A stretch of DNA of 64,000 nt. Origin: Eledone cirrhosa. Taxonomy: Eukaryota. The translations under genes and the position numbers were made by a program. Positions 1 to 11,595 of this stretch are shown here, piece after piece (positions within the stretch are counted from its first letter, which is position 1; every line of letters begins with the position of its first letter). The notes under the pieces were generated by a model, which was given only the letters and a program-made list of their open reading frames with translations, was not told where the DNA came from and did not search any database. The stretch spans positions 96,720,001-96,784,000 of the forward strand of contig OZ024745.1 of assembly GCA_964016885.1 (NCBI GenBank), in the 5' to 3' direction.

Positions 1-87
1 ATCTTCTTATGCTTATTTATCTGCAGAAAAATACACATAGAGTAAGTGTATATTATGTGTGCGTGTATACATAGGTATATGTCTAGC

Positions 88-600
88 TGTTTAAGGATGT
101 CATAAAGGACAATCTTAAAGTTCTGAAGATTGATATGGAGAACTGGGAGAGACTTGCTGAAGGCTGTACACCACGGAGAAAGATCGTCAAATATGGATGT
201 GATGTCTTTGAGAAAAAGCGAGCGGAGCATGCTGTTTTCAAGCGTTGACTTCGTAAGCGGGACTCAAGTGGAATGCCTGCAAAAATTCAACAAGATTTCA
301 GGTGCAATATATGTGGCCGATTTCTTCTAACATGAGCTGGTTTTGTTAACCATCTGAAATCACATGAGGCAGGGAGAGATCGAGCCAGCAGTGAGATAGT
401 TCTACCGCCACACACCCACGGTATATTTCTAGTGAGTGTAGCTTAATTTGAAAGTCAGCAAGTGATCTGGCCATATATGGTAAAATGCACGAAGACACAC
501 CCCAGCCGGTTTTACCAGGAGACAGATATCTCACATCTGCGACCGTATCTGCAAAACAAAAGCGGGTTTGAAAAGTCACCTGCGTGCACATGATCGTGAA
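88..600 (+). mobile_element. Degenerate 3' end of an RTE-type LINE ORF with C2H2 zinc fingers
   Basis: Manual translation: FKDVIKDNLKVLKIDMENWERLAE (RTE C-terminus-like), then FRCNICGRFLLT*AGFVNHLKSH and HICDRICKTKAGLKSHLRAH; stops present. Confidence 0.65.
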
Positions 601-807
601 GTTTTCAATGAAAGGGTGGCACTCTTCTGACAAGAAGTAGCAATCAACACATATACATTGCGTGTAACAGCAATACTTTACCATATATTTCAGCACTACT
701 ACATTGTATGTCTTAATTGAGTTTTTTAGAATATAAACAACCGATTATAGTCATAGGTGAAGTATTTCCAGGCTATTAAGTGAAATTCTAGTCTTTGTGA
801 TACAGCT

Positions 808-1010
808 GTCTTCTTCTTCTTCTTCTTCTTCTTCTTCTTGGTGAGGTCGTGAGTCCTCAAACACACCTTCCAGCTAGTCCTGTCGGAAGCAACCGTCTCC
901 AACTGATCCGGCTTGATCCCCAAGCGAGATCAGCCGAGCTAATGAATGCAACCAACTTGGTCGTGGTCTATCGCTGAGTCTCCTGCCAGTTGGTTTTGCC
1001 CGTAAAATCT
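808..1010 (-). mobile_element. RTE-type LINE 3' fragment with (GAA)n tail
   Basis: LGIKPDQLETVASDRTSWK followed by (AAG)n; a related piece lies at about 35965-36170 on +. Confidence 0.55.
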
Positions 1011-1196
1011 AATACAGTTAAAACAATGTTATATATGTAGTGATCGCCATTTGCTCTACGACACTGTTCATACATCTAAGATGGTATATCTGCCACATCG
1101 CCAGTTTATCCGTTTCATACAGATGGTTTTACTCCCCAACACTCAGCTTTGATCTTATTTCAACAATGGACTTTGTCCTCATTATGTCTCTTCCTT

Positions 1197-1197
1197 G

Positions 1198-1252
<55 letters not shown>

Positions 1253-1274
1253 TCTCCACTACTACTACTACAAA

Positions 1275-1335
<61 letters not shown>
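1197..1335. repeat. (CTA)n microsatellite
   Basis: Seen directly; explains the poly-S/T/Y ORFs. Confidence 0.95.
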
Positions 1336-1336
<1 letters not shown>

Positions 1337-1489
1337 TGAACCATTCATCACAGTATTACTTACTATTACATTCAGTGTCGTTTCTTTACCTACGCTACAA
1401 AATCTTTCCAGGTACATTTTACTTAACTCTTGACTAACCAAAATTTCCTGTCTGAAACTAGCAACTTTATATAATCGACTCCATCAATT

Positions 1490-2130
1490 GTTGGCCTTGT
1501 GCCTAAATTAAAAACCATCAGTATCGGTTGAAGGTCGGACGCCATGCTTTGTAGCATAGAGCTGCGACCATTTTCGGTCTGAATTCAAATCCCACCGAGG
1601 TTAACTTTGCCTTTTATCCTTACAGGGTCGATAAAATAAAGTACCAGTAATGCACTGGGATAATTTCTGGCCTTGTACCAAAAGTAGAAACAATTATTAA
1701 TATAGGCTGGCAGTAACGGTAGAACGTCAGACACCATGCTTTACGGCATAGAGCTATGACCCTTTACGTTCTGAGTTCTAATCCCGCCGAGGTTAACTTT
1801 GCATTTCATCCTTACTCGGTCGATAAAATAAAATACCAGTAATGCACTGGGGTAATGGGGTAATCGCTGGCCTTCTACCAAAAATAGAAACAATTATTAA
1901 TAAAAGCTAGGACGGTAAATTGGCAGTAACAGTAGAGCGTCGGACAAGATGTTTTGCGGCATATAGACTTTCTAAGTTCGAATAGTGAATGTTCTGAGTT
2001 CAAATCCGACCGAGGTTAACTTTGCTTTTCATCTTTACAGGGTCGATAAAATAAAGTACCATTAACACGCTGGGGTTGATTTAATCGACTTTCAAATTGC
2101 TGACCTTGCGCCAAAAGTAGAAACAAATAT
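1490..2130 (+). mobile_element. Tandem cluster of about 3 tRNA-derived SINEs
   Basis: Repeated B-box-like GAGTTCAAATCC plus core GAGGTTAACTTTGCCTTTCATCCTTACAGGGTCGATAAAATAAAGTACCAG (resembles the MetaSINE core) and tail GGCCTTGTGCCAAAAGTAGAAACAATT. Confidence 0.8.
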
Positions 2131-2667
2131 TCTATATGCCTTAATAGCTCAGTTAGTTACATGTCTCTATTCATCTAACATGGAATAGTTTAATTATTTA
2201 TACGAATCTAAAATACTGCCCTGGTGAATTGTAACAGGAAACTAGTTGCAATGAATGGCTTGATGTGCATTTTGCCAAAAATATAAAAAATAAACATTAA
2301 AAGAGAAAAAAATAGTGAGGGGAAGGATGAAGAAAGAGAACTGGAATAAAGAGAAAACCACTAAATAGAGAATTATAGATTTGAATTAACTGTTTGTTGA
2401 AACGAATTTATTTGAAGTTTGTGTTATAAATTACGATGTTTTTATTTGAAATTATATTATTATTACTTTTGATTTTACTGGAAGCATATCCGTTTCCGGA
2501 AGCAGCTTGCTTTCAACGTGTTATTGTATTTTAGTTGAAATTTCACTGCAGTTGATTTCTCATTGCCACGATTCTGTTACAATCTCATCGAGTGTAATTT
2601 CTCGCAGCTGCAACTGTTTTGCCGTCTGATATAAACTACTATAACATAGGTCCCGCGTCTTACAGTA

Positions 2668-5600
2668 CTAGTGTCGAAAGGACATACTGTAGGGATGTTC
2701 CTCGTTGTCACCCTCAGACAGATGTAGATAGGACACACTAGAGAGAAGTTTCTCGTTGTCACCCTCAGACAGATGTAGATAGGACATACTGGAGAGAAGT
2801 TTCTTGTTGTCACACTCAGACAGATGTAGATAGGACACATTAGAGAGAAGTTTCTTGTTGTCACTCTCAGACAGATGTAGATAGGACATACTGGAGGGAT
2901 GTTCCTCATTGTCATCCTCAGACAGATGTATATAGGACACACTGGAGAGATGTTTCTTGTTGTCACCCTCAGACAGATGTAGATAGGACATACTGGAGGG
3001 ATGTACCTCATTGCCATCCTCAGACAGATGTAGATATGACATACTGGAGGGATGTACCTAATTGCCATCCTCAGACAGATGTAGATAGGACACACTGGAA
3101 AGAAGTTTCTTGTTGTCACCCTCAGACAGATGTAGATAGGACACACTGGAAAGAAGTTCCTTGTTGTCGCCCTCAGACAGATGTAGATAGGACATACTGG
3201 AGGGATGTACCTCATTGTCATCCTCAGACAGATGTAGATAGGACACACTGGAAAGAAGTTTCTTGTTGTCACCCTCAGACAGATGTAGATAGGACACACT
3301 GGAAAGAGGTTTCTTGTTGTCGCCCTCAGACAGATGTAGATAGGACATACTGGAGGGATGTACCTCATTGCCATCCTCAGACAGATGTAGATAGGACACA
3401 CTGGAGGGATGTACCTCATTGCCATCCTCAGACAGATGTAGATAGGACACACTAGAGAGAAGTTTCTCGTTGTCACCCTCAGGCAGATGTAGATAGGACA
3501 TACTGGAGAGAAGTTTCTTGTTGTCACACTCAGACAGATATAGATAGGACACATTAGAGAGATGTTTCTTGTTGTCACCGTCAGACAGATGTAGATAGGA
3601 CATACTGGAGGGATGTTCCTCATTGTCATCCTCAGACAGATGTAGATAGGACACACTGGACGGATGTTCCTCATTGCCATCCTCAGACAGATGTAGATAG
3701 GACACAGTGGAGAGATGTTTCTTGTTGTCACCCTCAGACAGATGTAGATAGAACACACTGGAAAGAAGTTTCTTGTTGTCGCCCTCAGACAGATGTAGAT
3801 ATGACATACTGGAGGGATGTACCTAATTGCCATCCTCAGACAGATGTAGATAGGACACACTGGAAAGAAGTTTCTTGTTGTCACCCTCAGACAGATGTAG
3901 ATAGGACACACTGGAAAGAAATTTCTTGTTGTCGCCCTCAGACAGATGTAGATAGGACATACTGGAGGGATGTACCTCATTGTCATCCTCAGACAGATGT
4001 AGATAGGACACACTGGAAAGAAGTTTCTTGTTGTCACCCTCAGACAGATGTAGATAGGACACACTGGAAAGAGGTTTCTTGTTGTCGCCCTCAGACAGAT
4101 GTAGATAGGACATACAGGAGGGATGTACCTCATTGCCATCCTCAGACAGATGTAGATAGGACACACTGGAGGGATGTTCCTCATTGCCATCCTCAGACAG
4201 ATGTAGATAGGACACACTGGAGAGATGTTTCTTGTTGTCACCCTCAGACAGATGTAGATAGGACACACTGGAAAGAAGTTTCTTGTTGTCGCCCTCAGAC
4301 AGATGTAGATATGACATACTGGAGGGATGTACCTAATTGCCATCCTCAGACAGATGTAGATAGGACACACTGGAAAGAAGTTTCTTGTTGTCACCCTCAG
4401 ACAGATGTAGATAGGACACACTGGAAAGAAGTTTCTTGTTGTCGCCCTCAGACAGATGTAGATAGGACATACTGGAAAGAAGTTTCTTGTTGTCGCCCTC
4501 AGACAGATGTAGATAGGACATACTGGAGGGATGTACCTCATTGTCATCCTCAGACAGATGTAGATAGGACACACTGGAAAGAAGTTTCTTGTTGTCACCC
4601 TCAGACAGATGTAGATAGGACACACTGGAAAGAGGTTTCTTGTTGTCGCCCTCAGACAGATGTAGATAGGACATACTGGAGGGATGTACCTCATTGCCAT
4701 CCTCAGACAGATGTAGATAGGACACACTGGAGGGATGTTCCTCATTGCCATCCTCAGATAGATGTAGATAGGACATAATGGAGGGATGTACCTCATTGCC
4801 ATCCTCAGACAGATGTAGATAGGACACACTGGAGGGATGTTCCTCATTGTCATCCTCAGACAGATGTCGGAATGACACACTGGAAAGATATCTCTCGTTG
4901 TCACCCACAGACAGATGTAGATAGGACACATTAGAGAGTTTTCTCGTTGTCATCCTCAGACAGATGTAGATAGGACACATTTGAGAGATGTACCTCGTTG
5001 ACATCCCCGGACAGATCTAGATAGAACACATTAGAGAGTTTTCTCGTTGTCATCCTCAGACAGATGCAGATAGGACACACTGGGGAGATGTCTCTTGTTG
5101 TCATCCCCAGACAGATGTAGATAGGACACACAAGAGAGAAGTTTCTCGTTGCCATCCTCAGACAGATGCAGATAGGACACACTGGGGAGATGTCTCTCGT
5201 AGTCACCATCAGACAGATGAAGATAGGACACACAGGAGAGAATATTCTCGTTGCCATCCTCAGACATGTGCAAATAGGACACACTGGGGAGATGTCTCTC
5301 GTTGTCATCCCTAGACAGATGTAGATAGGACACGCAGGAGAGAAGTTTCTCGTTGCCATCCTCAGACAGATGCAGATAGGACACACTGGGGAGATGCCTC
5401 TCGTAGTCACCATCAGACAGATGAAGATAGGACACACAGGAGAGAAGTTTCTCGTTGCCATCCTCAGACATGTGCAAATAGGACACACTGGGGAGATGCC
5501 TCTCGTAGTCACCATCAGACAGATGAAGATAGGACACACAGGAGAGAAGTTTCTCGTTGCCATCCTCAGACATGTGCAAATAGGACACACTGGGGAGATG

Positions 5601-6343
5601 TCTCTCGTAATCACCATCAGACAGATGAAGATAGGACACACAGGAGAGAAGTTTCTCGTTGCCATCCTCAGACATGTGCAAATAGGACACACTGGGGAGA
5701 TGCCTCTCGTAGTCACCATCAGACAGATGAAGATAGGACACACAGGAGAGAAGTTTCTCGTTGCCATCCTCAGACATGTGCAAATAGGACACACTGGGGA
5801 GATGCCTCTCGTAGTCACCATCAGACAGATGAAGATAGGACACACAGGAGAGAAGTTTCTCGTTGCCATCCTCAGACATGTGCAAATAGGACACACTGGG
5901 GAGATGCCTCTCGTAGTCACCATCAGACAGATGAAGATAGGACACACAGGAGAGAAGTTTCTCGTTGCCATCCTCAGACATGTGCAGATAGGACACACTG
6001 GGGAGATGCCTCTCGTAGTCACCATCAGACATATGAAGATAGGACACACAGGAGAGAAGTTTCTCGTTGCCATCCTCAGACAGATGAACATAGGACACAC
6101 AGGAGAGAAGTTTCTCGTTGCCATCCTCAGACAGATGAAGATAGGACACACAGGAGAGAAGTTTCTCGTTGCCATCCTCAGACAGATGAACATAGAACAC
6201 ACAGGAGAGAAGTTTCTCGTTGCCATCCTCAGACAGATGCAGATAGGACACACAGGAGAGGTGTTCCTCATTGCCATCCTCGGACAGATGTAGATAGGAC
6301 ACACAGGAGAGGTGTTCCTCATTGCCATCCTCGGACAGATGTA
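2668..6343. repeat. 51-bp minisatellite array (about 72 units) with sub-arrays
   Basis: Unit CCTCAGACAGATGTAGATAGGACACACTGGAAAGAAGTTTCTTGTTGTCAC and variants; 17-aa periodic ORFs in several frames. Confidence 0.95.
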
Positions 6344-6606
6344 GAAACCGTCATTTATTTAAGAGAATGACAGTAGATGTCATCACATTCATATTTTTTT
6401 CTTCTTTCTTTCCAAAGTCATTTGCAATTTATGTGAAGGAAAATAGGTACAGTAGACAATCAACTAATAAACTATGGAACGATATTGGAGACATAATGTA
6501 TTATAGATACAACCTATATCATTTGCAAGATATTTGATTTGGAAATAAAGATTTTAAAATTAAGTGTAATATGCATAATACTAATATATATATATATATA
6601 TATATG

Positions 6607-6663
6607 TAAGTATGTATGTATACGTACATACATATATATATACAGACGTACAGTAGCATGCAC

Positions 6664-6751
<88 letters not shown>

Positions 6752-7128
6752 GCAGGTACACATACATATATGTACGCATCAGTTTAGCGGACGCTTATTA
6801 TAGCGCCCGCTTTGTTCGTTTGTAAACAAACTGAACAGCCTGAATTTATGCCGCACGGTGTTAAGGCAACCACGTCACCTTTTTGTTCAACACTGACACA
6901 GGAACGATGTACTAGTTTCAAGCTCGTTAGCTATCATCAGCACCGTATACCCATCTGCCAGATAGTTGAACGTTCGAAAGTATATACTTTCCTTATGAAA
7001 ATTAACGCCTGAGCAGCCTAATTTGCATATCGAGTGAGTTAAATCGGTCAGGCGCACCGAAAACGATGAGTTGTAATAAAATGAAAACGAAATTTCATTT
7101 CTCACTCTTAGTACGGCACTTACTTAAA
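6607..7128 (-). mobile_element. Diverged single copy of the 429-bp HHR-containing element
   Basis: Aligns by eye to the 32322-32750 unit; has an internal (TA)n expansion. Confidence 0.8.
6901..6951 (-). ncRNA. Type I hammerhead ribozyme
   Basis: Minus strand: CGGTG CTGATGA TAGCT-AACG-AGCTT GAA ACTAGT A CATCG; stem I CGGTG/CATCG, palindromic stem III, GUA site. Confidence 0.85.
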
Positions 7129-7219
7129 TGCTAATTTTATGCAATTTTTTTTACTTCCGTTGTCACTCTTGTCTTCATAAAAACAGTGACTATATTTCCA
7201 TTATTTATTTTCAGAATAA

Positions 7220-8240
7220 TTGATTATGAATAACTTTGAACCTCCAAATTTGTGGAAGAGACACGGAGTTCTTCTTGGAATCCGCGCCAGATTTGCAAAT
7301 AAGCAAATTTCAGACTTTCTCAGCGTCAGCAGGAGAATGGTGGAAAAGGTCAGAAAGGAATTGGAAGATTCAGGATTCGACTACGAAGCAACATCAGAGA
7401 GGAAAACACATGATCGACGATCTGACGCCTTCAGAACGCCCGAGTTCGTCGCTGAAGTTCAGGATATCATCAACAATGAACCTAGCAAGTCGATGCGTGC
7501 CATTGCAAGGGAGAAAGGCGTGGATGGAAAGCTCATTAGGCTGGAGGTATATGAAGACATTCGCTACGTTTCATACAAGATGAGGAAAGGACAATTTCTG
7601 TCAAAAGCGATGCACGAAAAGCGACTGAAGCACGCAAAGAAGCTGATCAACAAGTTCAAACATCCACTGAAGCCAGACATGCTGTTGTTTTTCTCCGACG
7701 AGAAAAATTTCTGCCAAGACCAGAAGATCAACTCCCAGAACAACAGGTGGCTCGCTGTCTCATCCAAAGACGTGCCCAGAGTCATGCAGACAAAGTTTCC
7801 AGTGACAACATTGGTCTTAGGTGTCGTCAGTAGTCAAGGTGACGTCATGCCACCTCACTTCTTCCCTGATGGCCTCAAGCTGAACACCGATGGCTACATC
7901 CGCGTTCTGAGCGAAGTAGTAAAGCCCTGGATCGATCAGGTAGCTGCAGGTAAGCCGTACGTGTGGCAGCAAGACTCAGCGCCCTGCCATACCAACCGAA
8001 AGACCCAAGCCTGGCTGTCAGAGAACTTCGTCGACCACACTTCACCTGACAGCTGGCCTCCCAGCTAACCTGACTGCAACCCCCTCGACTTTTTTGTGTG
8101 GGGCGCAGTGCAACGAGACACCAACAGATCTAGCTGCAATACGAAAAACGATCTGAAGGCCAGGATCATAAGTGCCTTTAGGGGCCTAAGTCGGGGGACA
8201 GTGACGAGGGCCTGTAGCCGGTTCCGAGGCCGCCTTGAGT
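7220..8240 (+). pseudogene. Tc1/mariner superfamily DD37D (maT) transposase with a premature stop
   Basis: HTH-like N-terminus; FFSDEKNF, WQQDSAPCH and WPPS*PDCNPLDFFVWG; 37 residues between the 2nd and 3rd D. Confidence 0.9.
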
Positions 8241-8262
8241 GTGTGTGTGTGTGTGTAAAGTG

Positions 8263-8450
8263 TAGTATGCGGATCGGCTGAAAATTTCATAGGCTTGTTA
8301 TGAAGGTGATGCTAGAGTTCTGAAATCGTGCATGCATTAATTTCAATTCTTCTTATTAATAACTGTATTGTTTCTTTCCAGGGACTATGCTGAAAAATAC
8401 ACCTCACTTGGTCATTCCATGAGAGTATCTTTGAACAATCAGTGCTATAA
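8263..8450 (+). mobile_element. Possible mariner-like terminal fragment
   Basis: TATGCGGATCGGCTGAAAATTTCATAGGC resembles mariner TIR starts; no partner TIR seen. Confidence 0.35.
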
Positions 8451-8764
8451 AATAGGATAATAGCAGTGTGTGTGGGTGTGTGTGTGTGTGTGTGTGTGTG
8501 TTTGTGTGTTGTTCATGTGCGTGTGTGTGCTAAACCTAGGAGATGGTGCACTGTCCCTGACCTTTTCGGGTTTCCCCAGACTGGCAAGATTGATATGTGT
8601 TATACCAATCAATCGCTCATTCATACCAACAAGATCACCCGGACCCGCTGGGTCACGTGGGTCACGATCCCTTTAAAATTTTTTTTTAAATCACGTTCAC
8701 TTAAAAATAATTTTTAAATAATTAAAATATACACAGCTATATATACGTCTATATATACGTTTGT

Positions 8765-8985
8765 GAAGGTGCGTGGCTGAGTGGTAAGAGAATTGGATTC
8801 GCAATCGTGAGGTTGTGAGTTCGATTCCTGGACCGAGCGATGTGTTATGTTCTTGAGCAAGACACTTTATTTCACGTTGCTCCTTCTACCTGGAGTTGCG
8901 ACCGATAGATAGTACTAGCAATTGGAAATACCAACGGAAACATTGTTTCCTCGGTCCGATTTGACGAAAGTCGATCGACTGTCGA
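8765..8985 (+). mobile_element. tRNA-derived SINE (second family)
   Basis: A box TGGCTGAGTGG, B box GAGTTCGATTCC, core TGTTCTTGAGCAAGACACTTTATTTCACGTTGCTCC; matching copy at 31615-31828. Confidence 0.8.
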
Positions 8986-9144
8986 TATATACGTCTTAGA
9001 TTTTAATCTGTGCTTTACCACATGAAAAGATGGAAGAAAGCAACTGAGTTATGCAAAAAGCTCTGAGTTTCCATAATGTTCAGCGAAATAAACTCTGACA
9101 GGGAGGTAGAAGTGTGGGAAAAGAAATAGCGAAACTAAGAGAGT

Positions 9145-9145
<1 letters not shown>

Positions 9146-9193
<48 letters not shown>

Positions 9194-9584
9194 GGGAGGG
9201 AAAAAGAGAAGGAAAGAGATAAAGAAAAGGAGTATAAGGCTCAAAAATATGGAAGGATCTAGAAACTTACATTGAAAAGCAAAGTGAAATGTGAATAGGA
9301 AGATGAAGAAAAATAGGAGGGAGAGGTTAAAAGAGAAGGACGGGACGAAGTAGAGGAAAAGTAACAGTAAGACTAAAAGTAGAGGTGAGAGAGAGAAGGG
9401 GCGAGAGAGAGAAAGAGAGGAGAGGGAGAGAGTGAAAGAGAGAAAGAGAGAGAGGGAGAGAAAAGGGCCAGGGAGAGAGGGTGAGAGAGGGGGCGAGAGA
9501 GATAGAAAGAGGGGGCGAGAGAGAAAGAAAGAGAGAGAGATAGGTGAGAGAGAGAGAGAGAAAGAGGGGCGAGAGAGAGAGGCA

Positions 9585-9615
<31 letters not shown>

Positions 9616-9970
9616 AGAGAGAGAGAGAAAGAGAGAGATGCAAGAGAGAGAGAGGGGTGAGAGAGAGAGGGGCGAGAGAGAGAGAAAGAGAGAGAGAGGC
9701 AAGAGAGAGGGGGTGAGAGAGAGAGAGGCAATAGAGAGAGAAAGAGAGGGGTGAGAGAGAGAGAGAGGTGCGAGAGAGAAGAGAGAGAAAGAGAGGGACG
9801 AGAGAAGAGAGAGCGAGAGAGAGAGAGAGAAAGGGGTAGAGAGAGAGAGGAAAGAGAGAGAGAGAGAGAGAGAGAAAGGGGTAAAATAAATGTTGATGGG
9901 GACAAATATGAAAGAGGGAAAAAAAGAGGATAGTGAAGGAGGAGGGAGAGAAGGAAGAGTGTAGAAAGAG
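9146..9970. repeat. GA-rich polypurine low-complexity tract
   Basis: (GA)n with GGGGC interruptions. Confidence 0.9.
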
Positions 9971-10397
9971 ATTTAGAAATTGTGTAACTATGGTAATTTG
10001 TATGATTCAGGCTCAGTAACTGTTTCTGACATCATCTATCATCCCCACACCCCACCACCTCACCTTCCCCCCACACCACGCCACCCCAACGCTGTCATCC
10101 CCACACCAGCATCACTATCATATTTTCACTATTATCTTGAGAATATTTCCCCAATCCCCTTCATGCACAAACACAACCATGTTTATCTACCTATCTATCT
10201 TTCTCTAAGAAACATATCTATATATCTATCTACCTATCTATCTATCTATCTATCTACACACATATATACACACACATATATCTATATATGCTCATATATA
10301 TATGAGCACACACACACACATATATATATACTTAAGTGTGTGCTTGTTTGTGTGTGTGTGTGTACATATATATGCGTTCATATATGTGTGTCTTTGT

Positions 10398-10739
<342 letters not shown>

Positions 10740-11451
10740 GGGTGGGGTACATATATAAGTAGGGAATAGCTTTTCTTCCAAACATGTTATATTGTAAACA
10801 CGACTGTGCTTCAGTTTCAGCATTTTTATTAAGGATTCCTCCTATTTCCTTATTAGTTTTTTTATGTTTAGTTTACTAAATCCATGTGTGTAGAGGCCTT
10901 CACGACACCGTCTTCATAATCAGAATGGTCATACCAGGCGTGTATAGTCATGTGTTAAACAGTGGTCGTAAAGTATTATGGGAATGGCTGGAGATTGCAG
11001 ACGTCTCTGTTAATGGCGTTCAGTATAATTAGTGTCGCGTATGCTGTATCTGTGTGTTACGATTTGGTGTATATCCTTATATTAATAGAGCGTCCATAGT
11101 TGTTTGTCTTGTTTTATGTATAATTTCGTACAGGGTTTTAGTGTTATCCACTATTGTAGTTCTATCTATTGTTTTATTTATTTTTATTTCTATATTTTTT
11201 TGTTTTATTTTGCATGTACTCTATGGAAATGTGTTGAGATGTCTCCTTGTAATTGCATGACTAACCGTCGGGAAATTGCAATGCTTCTGTGACCGATGTA
11301 AGAATTTTGGTCATGAATTTCATAACATTCCTGTTTACATTGATATATATATATATATATATATACACAGATAAATCCACCAATTAATGGTAGGGTCTAA
11401 GCCGTATGAAGAACTCAATGTAATCTATCTATCTATCTTTCTATCTATCTA

Positions 11452-11560
11452 GTTTATTTATTAATGTTAAAGGTTACACAATTCTTATGTAAAACCCCCG
11501 CCGTCACGTCTTGTAATGTCCCATTTCTTGGGCGCCCTTGTGGCAATAAAGAAACATATC
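11452..11560 (+). mobile_element. Short 3' end of a Tx1/L1-type LINE
   Basis: GCGCCCTTGTGGCAATAAAGAAA matches the 3' ends at 14650-14672 and 15866-15890. Confidence 0.7.
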
Positions 11561-11595
11561 TATCTATAATATCTATCTATCTATCTATCTATCTA

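Noticed and set aside
2668-6343. CRISPR array, or an HHR in the 51-bp unit (minus strand CTGAGGA..GAAAC)
   Set aside because: Variable parts are related and repeated rather than unique spacers, there are no cas genes and the context is eukaryotic; stems I, II and III do not form convincingly
6607-7128. 5' TIR/UTR of the maT transposon
   Set aside because: Matches the HHR-containing 429-bp array instead; no partner TIR downstream
8765-8840. True tRNA gene
   Set aside because: Continues into a SINE core and recurs in diverged form; no clean cloverleaf
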